Shown here one piece after another: positions 37,180 through 50,024 of a DNA stretch of 64,000 bases. The notes beneath the pieces are model-generated. The model made no database searches, had not been told where the DNA came from, and was given only the letters and a program-made list of their open reading frames with translations. The DNA is taken from NCBI RefSeq assembly GCF_004010195.1, contig NC_057751.1, positions 18,353,185 through 18,417,184 on the forward strand, read 5' to 3'. Every line of letters starts with the position of its first letter. Positions within the stretch are counted from its first letter, which is position 1. This DNA comes from Chiloscyllium plagiosum. Taxonomy: Eukaryota. Made by a program: the position numbers and the translations under genes.

Positions 37180-39970
37180 AATCGGGCAGAAATTTGGTGA
37201 GGCCACAGCAGGAGTATTGTATGCAGTTCTCATCATCGCAATTTAGGGATTATGCAATTATACTGCATGGGTTGCAGAGGATATGCATCAGCACATAATC
37301 TGGGTTGGTGAATTTCAGTAATGAAAAAAGAAAACACATCAGTGTGGACTTTATCTTCAGAGCAGAGCAATTCATGGGATGGGAACCTTGCAGAGAGCAA
37401 CAATTTTATCAGGACCATGGGCAGGGTAAATGGAAAGCCGCTCTTTTCTGAACTCGAAGCGTCAGTAAGAAAGAGACATAACTTTCAATTGGAAGACATG
37501 AGATTTCGTGGGAGGAAAATGTTTTCATGCAGAATATGGTTGGATTCTGGAAGGTGCTGGAAGGCTGATTGTGATGGGCAATCTCACAACCTTGAACATG
37601 TCCTAACAAAATTATGGAGGAATAACTAAGATAAAGCCAGGAACGTTGTTTCCACAGGCACGTGAAACTAAATGTTGGGACTATAACCTCAGAATAAAGG
37701 GATGCAGAGCCAGCACCGATTTGAGATGGAATAAAATCTTCAGAAAAATGATAGTGAAATTGTGAAATTCCCTGCCAACTGAAACAGTTGCAGAAACCTC
37801 CTTGAGTGCATTGACGGCAAAGATAGATTTTTGAACAGTAAAGGAATTAAGAGTTTTTGTGAGAGAGACGGTAAGTGAATCTGAGTCCACAAAATATCGG
37901 ACATGGTCTTATTGAATGTCAGAGAAGGGACGATGGGGGCAGATGAACTACCCTTCTCATGTTTCTTATGTTCTTGTGTTATTACGTTGTTATGTGCACT
38001 TGATGTGTCATCATATTCACAGAACCGACTCAATGGGGGCAGGGGGAGCTTCCTTCTGTAGTGATTCAGTTAATGCTTTCCTCGACTTATACATTTACTG
38101 CATCCGTTCTGCAATATTACCACATTTGTTCTTCAGAGATGAACTAGATAAAGCGGGATAGGCATCGTGTCACCGATATGAAAACTAGAAATTATTCTGT
38201 AAATAATAGGAATGGTCATGGAGAGATGTCTGGATTGAGATTCACGATATTCCTGGCCTTTCCATTCTGGGCGCTACGTATGTTTGATTGGATAAACCAT
38301 ACAATCCGTGTGCGGGAACAGAACGTTCAGCCTCTCATGTTTGCCCCATAATTCAATAAGTTCACGGCTGACCTGAATGCAATCTCAAAGCTGCATTCCA
38401 GTCCACCCCGGCAACCATAAACTCTCTTGTTATGCAGGATTCTCTCTATCTCTTACTTAAAAGGCATTCAAAGTCTCTGTTATAACCACATTTTCAGGAA
38501 GAGTGTTCCAAAAGCATTCAATTAGACCAGAAGATGAAGGAGCAGCAGTAGTGCATTTACATCATCGAGCCTGCTCTGCCAGTCAATTAGATTATGGCTG
38601 ATCTGCTGATCACAGACTCTCCTTCATTCTCTTTTCCCCATAATCCTTGATTGCATTCCCAATTAACAGTCTTTTTTTCACATCCTTGAATATATTTGAT
38701 AACACACTGTCGCAAACCCTCAACAACGAAGAATTCCACAGATTCAGTCCCCTCTGACTGAAGCAATAGCTCATTCCTCTGTTTGAAATGTGTGGCCCCT
38801 TATTCTGAGATTATTCAATTTGATCCTACATTCATCCAAGAGGGGAAAAATACATTCTGTCCATATTTACCCCATTCTACCCCCTTGGCTCATGTATCCT
38901 CTCACTTTTGATTTTGCTGAATTCCAACCAGTCCAACTCCACACTCTCTTCTTCGAGGATACTCTTTCCATATACAATTGCAAGCTCATGATCCTTCTCT
39001 GGACTGTTTATGTGTCCTTAAGTAATAGTCCTGAAAATATATTTCTTGCAGATATTCAAGAAATTCAAAATGGGGTTGGATGATCATTTGGGCTGGAACA
39101 GTGTCAAAGCATGTTGGTAACAGGCAGGGATTTGCAACTCAGATTGGTTTCACAGGTCAGCACAATATCGAGAGCCAGATGCCCTGTACTGCGCTATAAT
39201 TTTCCACATTCAACGACATGTTCTCAACAATGATGCTCATTTGTCGAATCAGTGCAGGACCGTTGGGCCGGCAACACGTTTATGAATCTGTACGGTCTAA
39301 TTTATACCTTGTTCTGTAATATAAACCCACATTTTAAAAGTAAAAAATCAGAGGCTGTGTCAATGATTGATTACAGACACCGGTTTTGTATCTCAAATAA
39401 AAGAATTAACAATTTATTAAGTCATCAATGCCTTAAGCTGACAAACATTTCAGCATCGTCAGTTGATTACGATCTATGCTTTAAAACTGAAAGATTCTTT
39501 TCAGCACCCATTCACAGAAATGGCATAGAGTCAAACAAAGACAGTTGTGGGACAAAATAAAGAAAATAGCAAAGCAATCCGGATCAATTAATAGAGTCAT
39601 ACTGCAGATAACCGACCATTCAGCCCAAACACTTCATGCTGTCCAGGTTGCCAAGCAAACGCTATCGCATTTGATTTCATTTGATGCATTTTCATTCAAA
39701 TCTTTTCTGCTCATGTACTTACAGAAACGTGTTTAAATCGTTGCAACTGTACTTTCATCCTTTTTTTAAACCATAAACCACTCACTCGGTGAAAACGTTG
39801 TCCCTCGTGTGTTTTTCATGTCTGTTTCCTCTCACCTTAAATGACTGCCGTCCAATTTTGAACTGCCCCACCCAAGGGAAAAGATCCTTGTTTTCCAAAC
39901 TCTGACATTCCAATGAAACAAGACCCAGCAAATCCATTGCTTTTTTTTTAAACTCAAGCCCTTCATTCGG
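37180..39970. mobile_element. Cluster of old CR1 3' fragments on both strands
   Basis: VRPQQEYCMQF (37190, +), CCTCAGAATAAAGGGATG (37687, +), minus-strand tails at ~38310, ~38525 and ~39595. Confidence 0.6.
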
Positions 39971-39974
39971 TCTC

Positions 39975-42900
39975 TGCTGGAAAAGGTGGGAACTGTAAGG
40001 TAAGGACAGGTTGCACTGAAACAGGAGGGGCACCAATGTCCTGCGCAGGAGTTTTAACAGTGCACTTCAGGAACGTTTAAACTCGTTTGGCTGTGGGAGG
40101 TAAACCAGCGCTACAGATCGGAGAGGATGTTTAGTTGTTGGTCAGATAGAAATAGAATAGAGAGAATTTGTCAGGAAGGATACACAGCTGATTGGGCAAA
40201 CGGATAGGTTAAAGTGCGCCTGTTTCAATGCAAGGAAAGTCAGGACTAAGAGTAACGAACTTAGAGCAATAACCAGTTCTTGGAACAACGGTGTTTGGCA
40301 GTAACAAAGACATGTATTTCACAGAGGCAGGCAAGTTTGATGGATGTTCCAGTGTTTAGACCTTTTAAAAAAAAACAACGAGGGGGAAAAGAGCATTATT
40401 TAAATATTTTACAAAGAACAGCGATGAGGTGAAAGAGGGAGAAGTAGCATCATTAGTTAGAGAGTGCATCACAGCTGTAGAAAAGGAGCTTGTTAAGGAG
40501 GGCTGAGTAAGTGTGGGTGGTAATAAGTAACAGAAAATGAGCAGTCACCCAACTCCCCTTCCCACCCCCCCCACCCCCCCACACCCACCCCACTTCCTAA
40601 TAGCTGCTGAGGATTGAAGAAACGATTGTGCAGTAGATCTAGGAATGACGCACAATGTATGGGTGAATACACCTTCAACAAATTAATTGGAACCTCCTTG
40701 TTGCAGATTGGCTTGGCGGAGCTGATTTCATCTGGTATGTACAGGAATCATTCCTGATATCATACGTAGATAGTCCAACAAGGGAGAGGCCATATTCGAT
40801 TTGCTGCTAGGCAATGTGCCAGGCCAGGTGCCAGCTCTCGTAGTGGGACAGTATTTCGGTGACAGTGACCACAACTCCTTACCCGTGCTATAGCCAAGAA
40901 GAGGGATAGGAAAAGGTAGTGTTGGAATATATTTAACTGGAGGAGGGGAAGTTATACTGCTCTTAGACAGGGGCTGTGGAGAAGAATTGGAAACAATTGT
41001 TCCAAAGAAAATGTAAAACAGAAATATGGAGGGTGTTTAAGGAGCACTTTTTGTGTTGGATAACATTATCCACTGAAACCAGCAAGGAATGATAACGGAA
41101 GGAGCCGTGGACGAGAAGAAAAGAGAAGCTTCCCATCAAGAGGAAGAAGAAGGCTTACTTGAGTTTGAGTTATCAAGGATTGGGTACAGCTTTAGATAAT
41201 TATAGAATAGCGAGAGAAGAGATCAAAAATGGACTGAGTAGAGATCAGAGGGGGCATTAGAAAGGCTTGCTGGAAAGTCTTAGAAAACTCAAAAGCGTCT
41301 ACCCTAAAGTGACGAATAAATGAATGCACAGAGAGAGGGGAGGGTTGATAATAGATAGTGGCGGAAACTTGTGCCTGGAGTTTGACGAGGTTGGGGAGGC
41401 CCTAAATGCTTCTGTATTCACTGGAGAGATGGACCTTGTTGAGGGCGAGAACATCCTGGAACAGTTTGATATTTAAAAAGTGGATGCTGAAAATGCTTGG
41501 TATCATCAAGATAGACAAGTGCGCACGGCCGGACCAGGTGTATCAAAAGTAACTACAAGAAGCGAGAAATGAGATTACTGTGGCTCTGGCGATGAATTTT
41601 GCACCTTCATTCTCCATGGTAGTAGTACTGAATTGTTAAAGGGAAGCGGATGTTATACTTTTATTCAAGAAAGGGAATTGGGAAATTCCCAGTAATTACA
41701 GAGCAGTAAATCTTACATCTGCGGTGAGCAAGATACAGGAAAAATATTCTGGATCATAGAGAAATAGAGAAGTGTAGCGTAGAAACAGACGCTTCTGTCC
41801 AACTCGTCCATGCCAAACAGATATCCTAAATTAGACTACTCCCATTTGGCAGCATTTGGCCCATATCACTCTCAACCCTTACTATTCATGTGTCCATCTA
41901 GATGTATTTTCAATGTTCTTCAGGAAGGGCTAATGCCCGAAACGTCGATTCTCCTGTTCCCTAGATGCTGCCTGACCTGCTGCGCTTTTCCAGCAACACA
42001 TTTCCATCTCTGATCTCCAGCATCTGCAGACCTCACTTTCTCCTCATTCAGTGAAGAGGGCTGGGATAAAAGTAAATATCAATTCCTGGACACAGCTTTG
42101 GGTGGGCGAAAGGACACAATGAGTGGCAGTGGATGGAAAATACTCTGTTTGGAGGTCGGTGTCCAGTGTTGTCCCACATCGATCTGTTCTACGTACCACG
42201 ATCTTTGCAATTTTGAAAAATGACTTGGATGAAGAAGTGGAATGCTGGGTTATTAAGTTTGCGATGGCACAAAGGTCAGTGGTGCCGTAGATAGTGTCGA
42301 GGGCTGTTTCAGGCTACAACAAAGCATTGACAGGACGCAGAGATGCGTAAGAAGTATAATATCGAATTCAACCTGGATAAATGTGAAGTGATTCATTTTG
42401 GAAAGTCGGATTTGAATGCTGAAGATAGAGTTAAAGATAGAATTATTAGTAATGTGGTGGAACAACTGGATCTTGAGGTCCAAGTAAGTAGATTCCTTAA
42501 AGTAGCCATCCAAATTGACCGGGTTGTTCAGAAGACATATGATTTTAGGCTTCCATTAACAAGGGGATTGAGTTTAAAAGCGGCGAGGCTTTGCTCTATA
42601 AAATACGAGTTTGACAATACTTGGCATTTGAGTCCATTTGAGTCACCTCATTATCAGAATGATGTAGATGCATTCGAAAGTGTGCAGTGGAGAATTAACG
42701 GGATGCTGCCTGGATTGAAGTACTTGATTTGTGAAGAGACGTTGAACGAGGTCGGGTTTTTCACACTGTCGAGAAGAAGGAAGAGAGGTGACTTCATAGA
42801 GACGTTCAAGGTTATGAGAAGAACAAAAAGAATAGATAGTCAAAGACTTTTCCCCAGCGCAGAAATGACTGTCACAAGGGATCATAATTTTTAAGGTGAC

Positions 42901-43300
42901 TAGCCGAAGTAACAGTGGAGATGTCTGGGGTAGTTTCTTTATGCAGAGAGTGATGAGAGCGTTGAATACATTCCCACTGGTGGTGGCAGAGTCAGGGACT
43001 TGGCGACATTTCAGCCAATGCTAGTCAAGCACAAGAACAGCAGGGAACTGAGGGTTCTGTAGGTTAGGTTATAGAACATAAAAGAATACAGCACAGTATA
43101 CAGGCCCTTTGGCCCTCGATGTGGCGCCGATCCAAGCCCACCTAATCTACACTAGCCCACTATACTCCATATGCCTATCCAATGCCCGCTTAAATGTCCA
43201 TAAAGGAGATGAGGTTGAACTTAGATTTACATAAATGCTCTGCGCAAAGTCGTGGGTCAAATGAACTGTACTGTGCTGTATTGTTCTATATTCTGTTCTT
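39975..43300 (+). mobile_element. CR1 LINE, long decayed copy with nested inserts (41755-42045, 43072-43210)
   Basis: ORF1 end GTNVL; KCACFNARK (APE start, ~40212); GDSDHNS (~40860); EFNLDKCEVIHFGK (42343-42894); tail at ~43270-43295. Confidence 0.85.
41916..42044 (+). mobile_element. Short Penelope pLTR-derived element with a 10-nt inverted 5' stub
   Basis: TTCTTCAGGA|AGGGCTAATGCCCGAAACGTCGATTCTCC..CTCACTTTCTCCT. TTCTTCAGGA is the reverse complement of the expected TCCTGAAGAA. Confidence 0.85.
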
Positions 43301-44850
43301 AGCAATAGTCTAGTCAAAACTTTCTGAACCCTCTTGAAGTTAATAATACCCTTCCTATAGCAGTGCGACGAGAACTGCACACAGTTCTACAGAAACTGTC
43401 CTCAACAACTTCCTTTTGAACAACAACAAGTCCCAAATCCTATATTCAATGTTCTCAGCAATGAAAACAAGCGTGCTAAATGCGTTCTTAAACAACCTGT
43501 CTGCAAGTGAAAAAAAGAAGTCAAGGAATTATGTACCTGATCACCTAGTTCTGTCCATCCTTCTGTCCATCCCTTAATGTAAATTAAACACCACCTACAC
43601 TCCTTAACCCTGTAACCTAATTGAAAAAAAATTATATGTAATCTTGGATAACTGTATTCACTGTCCAATACGCCATCCCTTTAAAAGTCATGCGCAAACA
43701 TACAAGCCAGGCCTTTTAAATTCTCTTTTTTTTTCATAAATTACAAACAAAAGGTTGCCGAGCATAGATCCCTATTAACACCGCTATTCACTGACCTCCA
43801 GTACGTAAAACAACACTCCACCACGACCCTCTGTCGATTCAAATCAAGCCAATTGTATGTCCAGTTGGCAAGCTCACCGTGCATCCCATTTCATCTAAGT
43901 TTATAAATTCGTCTATAATGTGGAACTGTCTCAAGATTTTACTATAGCCCATGTAGACAATATCTACCTTTGTCCCCTCATCAGTCTTTTTGTTTACTTC
44001 CTTAAAAGACTCATTCAATTCCTTATACACGATTTCACTATCATAAAACCATACTGACTATACCTTAGTTAGTTCTGGTCCGTCCAAATGCATGCAAATC
44101 CTATGTTTTAGAATGACCTCCAACAACTCATCCACCACTAATGTCAGGTTTTATGTCGACCCCAGTATTCCCATTTCAGCAATTGTTAAATAAAGTCATA
44201 AACTCCGTTGACCCCCATTACCTCACATCATCATTTGTTGCAAATGATGAAATGTTTCTGCTAGGATCCGCAATTTGTTTTAACCATAGCTTCTCACAAA
44301 CTTTTCGAATACAGTTAATCATGTGCTGGAGACATATCCACCTTTATGTTTTTCTAAAGCCTTCAGCACTTCCTCTTCGTAAAGTGAACTGTTTACATAA
44401 CATGGACATTTGTTTTCCTGAATTCACTAACCTCCAATGACTTCTCCACATTAAACATCAATGCGAACTTTTCATTCAGTGTCACTCCCATCACCTGAGG
44501 TTCAACACTTGGAAAACCTCGTTGAACTTTCAGAGGCACTATTTCCTCTCTCGTTGCTGCTTTGTTCTTAATGTACTTGTGGAATGTCATTGGATTACAA
44601 TTAACTTTATCTGCAAAGGCGAGCTCACAACAAGTTTTTGTCGTCTTGATTTCCCTCTTAAGAATTTCCCTACATTATTTATACGCTGCAAGAGATTCAT
44701 TTGGGCTCAGCAGTTCATATCTAATACCTGATTCTTTCTCATTATTGACTAGGACATTATTATGTTTCCTCATTTATTGCTCCTTACTGTTACCAGCCTT
44801 AACGTTTACTCCAACAGGAAGTTAATTCCTATCATTGTCGCACGTTCTGA
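43300..44850 (-). mobile_element. Old CR1 RT fragment
   Basis: FKRVQKVLTRLL, KVDIVYMGYSK, TFHKYIKNK on the minus strand. Confidence 0.75.
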
Positions 44851-46376
44851 AGTCTCTCACTACAAATGTATCGTCTATGTTTGGATGAGGAAATGATGCT
44901 GAAACAAATGGTTATCATGATGCTTTGTTTCACAAATAAGGATGTGGAGCCTTGTTTGTTTTTCTGTGGAAGTAGCCATTAGTATCACCTTTCATAATTC
45001 ACTCAGGTAAATGTAATACCAGAAGATCAAAAGCGGTAGAGCAAAGAAATGCCAACTTGGTTTTCTAATTGAATCATGGCGGATTCGAAATTCCTCGTGT
45101 CATTTTAGAACCCTTTCACAACGACTACTTTGTTTGGTTGCTTTTGATCTTCAGTATCCACAATCCTTTTTTTTTGCAGGATGACTCTACTCACGAATTC
45201 AGATGAATGCGCTCTGTAGAATCTTACAGTCATCTTTAAATTGTAAGAGTGCTAGGCACTTTAAATAAATAACGATATTTCTCATATGAAAGTAGCCCAG
45301 AAACAGAGGTAACAGTTTAAGAGTAGAAAGAGGGGTTTTCACATTGTGGTGACCCAAAAATATTGCACCTAGAGACTTGTGATTTCATGGACCTCTATAC
45401 CTCACGCAACGGTTCAGGCAATATGATTGAATATCGTGAAGCGTGAGATAGCTATTGTTCTGAAGAATTGAAGAAATCAAATGGAAAAGGTAGAAAGACA
45501 ATTCTGATTTGAAAGACAATCCATGATCATCTCGAATGCCATTGCTGGCTGGATGGTGGAACAGCCTCCTCCTTTTTGTAGGGTCAGTATTTAGATGAGG
45601 AAATGGTGCTATAACACAATTCATTACCACCTTCTCACGAATTTAGATTGTACAAACTCTATAGCATCGGCATATTAACGTCAGCCGAATGACAATTGAC
45701 AATTAATCTAAATGTATGTTGTATGTTACGTTTGTGTTCTTTGCTATGTTTCGCTTCCATGTTATGAATTTGTGTCAAGGTGGTATATGTGCTATAAGAC
45801 GCTGATGGCTTGTTTTCTGCAGTAACTGTTGTTTGTACTTTATCAATTGAGTCAATATATTCCTTTATTCACTTTGGCAGGTAACATTCTCAATGGTGTC
45901 TATTGAATATACCTGACGTGATCTCCAGTTTAGAAAGCGATTTGACTGTTCCTCATTGTATAATGACTTAAAAATCTCCAACTCCAATCAACTCAGCAAT
46001 TTCTGTTAACATTATCCAAATGCTTCGATGTTCCGTGAAAAATTACAGCTTCCTTTCTTCTGTTTACCTCTTTTCGTATCTGTACTGCCATGTTAGAGAT
46101 TTACCAAATAGGTTGTCCCTTTTCAGAATCATTGTAGTTTGGGAAAAGTTGAAATATTGTGTGGGATAGCCATTGTGAGCGAGCATTGTGAGACTTTCAA
46201 ACGAATTGCGATGTTACTGATCCACATTTATTGCTGTACCACGTGTCTGAGGGAGCAACACATCCAAGGCACGCAAAAGCCACCTTCCTATAAAATTTCA
46301 CATTATCCTTTCCCAATGTTATTCCACATTTCCCGTGTATCACGAACTTATTTGGGCATGTCTCCATTTACTCTTT

Positions 46377-47216
46377 CAGGAGAAAGTGAGGACTGCAGAT
46401 GCTGGAGATCAGAGCTGAAAATGTGTTGCTGGAANNNNNNNNNNNNNNNNNNNNNNNNNNNNNNNTTGGCTGAGACAAGGTGGGGGGAGGGGAAATGAGG
46501 AAACTGGAGAAATCTGAGTTCATCCCTTGTGGTTGGAGGGTTCCTAGGCGGAAGATGAGGCGCTCTTCCTCCAGCCGTCGTGTTGCTATGGTCTGGCGAT
46601 GGATGAGTCTAAGGACCTGCATGTCCTTGGTGGAGTGGGAGGGGGAGTTGAAGTGTTGAGCCACGGGGTGGGTTGGGTTGGTTGTTCCGGGTGTCCCAGA
46701 GGTGTTCTCTGAAATGTTCTGTAAGTAGGCGGCCTGTCTCCCCAATATAGAGGAGGCCACATCGGGTGCAGCGGATACAGTAAATGATGTGTGTGGAGGT
46801 GCAGGTGAATTTGTGGCGGATATGGAAGGATCCCTTGGGGCCTTGGAGGGAAATAAGGGGGGAGGTGTGGCGCAAGTTTTGCATTTCTTGCGGTTGCAGG
46901 GGAAGGTGCCGGGAGTGGAGGTTGGGTAGGTGGGAGGTGTGGACATGACGAGGGAGTCACGGAGGGAGTGGTCTTTTCAGAACGGTGATAGGGGAGTGGA
47001 GGCAAATATATCCCTGGTGATGGGGTCCTTTGGAGGTGGCGGAAATGACGATGGATGATACGATGTATATGGAGGTTGGTGGGGTGGAAGGTGAGGACCA
47101 GTGGGCTTCTGTCCTGTTGGCGATTGGAGGGGCGGGGCTCAAGGGCGGAGGAGCGGGAAGTGGAGGAGATGCGGTGGAGGGCATCATCGATCTCGTCTGG
47201 GGGGAGATTGCCATCT
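46377..47216 (-). mobile_element. Young 5'-truncated Penelope-like element (GIY-YIG and 3' pLTR), spanning an assembly gap
   Basis: PLVLTFHP, CNRKKCKTC, HIIYCIRCTRCGLLYIGETGR..FREHL, LEEERLIFRLGTLQPQGMN. Terminus AGGAGAAAGTGAGGACTGCAGATGCTGG. Flanks TCCATTTACTCTTT (46363-46376) and TCCATTTTCTCTTT (47217-47230). Confidence 0.93.
46435..46465. other. Assembly gap (31 N)
   Basis: Run of N. Confidence 1.
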
Positions 47217-49686
47217 TCCATTTTCTCTTTACCTTGTCTGTCGATCTCTCATTGTGAACCATTCCAACAGCGTTACCATCGTTTTCTCTCTCTTCCCCAT
47301 CGATAACTCTCTGAGCTTCAAGTTTAACATACATTGAAGAAGCAGGAATAAGCTATTCACCTCCTTGCGAGTGTTGCCTCATTTATTATATTCATGGTTG
47401 ATATGATTCTCACCTAAAATCTTACACACTCCTCACCTTCTGATAAAACTTAATCATTTGATACAACAAGCCGGTTATGAAAGCTCGTCTCTCCATTCAG
47501 AGAGAAACAGTTCCAGATTTTGTCAGCTTACAATTTATGGCCAGCAACCCAGAGAATCATGTTGCCCTCATTCACGTATGTAATGCAAATCGCTCGAGAA
47601 ATGCAGAGAAGTCTATTTCCGTATGGGAAGAGGAGCAACAGAAAAACGAGCAGCGGCCATTGTTCATCCTTTAAGACCCTTGTTTGTGCCCATGATGCAA
47701 GAGTATGTGCCAGAACCGATGTGCCATTGTGCAAGAATGAAGGCATTAAAATCGCAAGTATTAAAAGATCATTCCACTGATACAACCTACCATTAAGAAA
47801 GAGAAAGGCCTCAATTCAGTATCAGCTGCAGTTAAAAATATAAAAGTGGCAGTCACTATGAGCTGGAACAACATTGTAAGACTTCAGAAATACAGAAGGC
47901 AGTCAATCAGCCAACGTATGCCTACCAGTTGGATTACGTATTCTGAATCTATTACCTGGGGTGATCCTTTTTTCAGGTCCCTGTGCCTCATTACATTCGC
48001 CCTCTGTCTCTCCCCAAAATAACAATGGGCCTCTTGAATGCTTCAAATAAACATGCAATTCCAGGCAGTGCATTTCGGATCCGAACTGTACGCCGTTTTT
48101 CTCTTTTTCTCATACCACGCTGTCTTCCTTTGCATGGAACTTCAGGTATGAGACCACGGGGTCACTTTTATTTGACAGGAAACAACTTCTGCCGACCTAT
48201 TGTGTTCATTCCCTGACGATTTTGCAGATCTTTATCAGATCGTCCTCTGAGTCTACTTCTCTCTAAGAGACAAATCTCAACATCTTCCGTCTGACCTGAT
48301 CATTGAAGTTCCTCATTCCCGAAACTATTCCTGACAGTCACTTCTGCATGCTCTCTCCAATGGATCTGCCCAAACTACCATCGGGACTCAATCAGAAGCT
48401 GAGGATTGGCGATGCCTATTTTCGATTAAAACACTGTGATGATCTCACTTTGTAATATGATCACCCTATGAATTTGAGGGCTTTGAGAAGTACAGTTAAT
48501 GTGCCAGGGTAAGGAGCAAATCCAAAAACAACTTCTGCAAAAACTTACTATTGAAATATTTCAGGAAGTTTCTAAGAAGAGGAGGGACGTGATTTGGAAG
48601 AAGGGTTCCAAAAAGTTGAAAAATTTATGCGCAGGGTTCGTGCATATTCAAAGTTTAATGTGAATTCCATACTTGATGTTCTTTTGTCCCAACACTGATG
48701 TGACTTTTATACTTTCTGACAGTGTACACTATTCATCTGCCGCAGTCCCAAAATGAATTGAAATTCTTCCAAAAAAATTTTAAGTGCCTATGACATTTTA
48801 ATCGAGTTTAATCAGACGTCAGATAAAAGCAAACTACTGTTCATGCTGGAAATTCGACACATATGCAGGGACTGCTGGAGAGGATCAGCGAGTATGGCAG
48901 AATTCATGTGAGAGAAACAAGAATTATGTTTCGTGTCATAAATGACTGTACTTCAGAACCTTATTTTAGACTGTAGCAAGAAATATATCGTGATCCTCAA
49001 ACCTTCAAGAGGTAGTTTCCTAATCGCATTCTGGAAATATTACTGACTATTTGTGCTGCAAAACCACATTCCAAAGGAACCATTTCACTCAAGTTTAAAT
49101 CTAACATTCACTCAGTAACTTGGAAAATTACTCGGTTGTGACCTGTCCACAATATCCTCTTCACAATAAAAAAAAGGCTAAATCTAAACTGACTATCAAT
49201 GTCCATTAATCCTCTATCAGTCATCAAGGAAAGTGATGAAAATGTTATTGTATAGGCCAGTGACAGTAAATACATTTAACTTAATATACTTAATGTTCGT
49301 CTTGACAGTGTTCTTGTCTTGGCAATGTCTGGCCGTGAGGCATTGAGGGCAGAGACTGGCAAATGAAGACTTAAATTGACAGGACCTGGTTTCAACTGAG
49401 ATTGACCATGGGATCACTGACACTGTGTTCCTCTGGCCTCACCCAATACACACCAAACACTTGGAGCCAGTAGGTACGACCCATTTCCAACGTCACTCCA
49501 GTTTATTGGTTTAAAAATCAGAACTGAATCCATCGGATTAAACTCCATGACCGATGATTAAGGTCGCCTGTCACAGGCTGGACCTAACAGCAAGGTGTGG
49601 AATGGTTCACAAGGCATTAAGAGGCAGTTCGGCCATTATAGCATTGTGAGAGCATGTCATTCGCATCGTCATTCTGTGTCAGTCCA

Positions 49687-50024
49687 ATCGAGAATGTGGT
49701 GCTGGACAAGGACAGCTGGTCAGGCAGCATCCGAGGACCAGGATAATCGACGATTTGGACATAAACCCTTCACCAGGAATGGCCAATTCCCTTTGCCCAT
49801 GTGTTTGTTTTTAAACTTGAAAGCCTTTTCCATGAGGAAGTATCTGAAAGTCATGGTCAAATTGGTCCTAAAACCAATCTAATGCAGACACATCATTCCT
49901 GATGGAGGGCTTAAGCCCGAAACGTCGTTTCTCCTGTTCCTCGGATGCTGCCTGACCTGCTGTGATTTTCCAGCATCTCATTCTCGACTCGGATCTGCAA
50001 CGTCTGCAGTTCTCACTTTCTCCC
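49687..50024. mobile_element. Composite Penelope pLTR-derived insertion: inverted half + enclosed LTR segment + forward half
   Basis: Minus half 49687-49781 and plus half ~49893-50024 (CTGATGG-A-GGGC TTAA GCCC-GAAAC-GTC). Decayed 14-bp TSD; empty site at 53822-53835. Confidence 0.8.
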
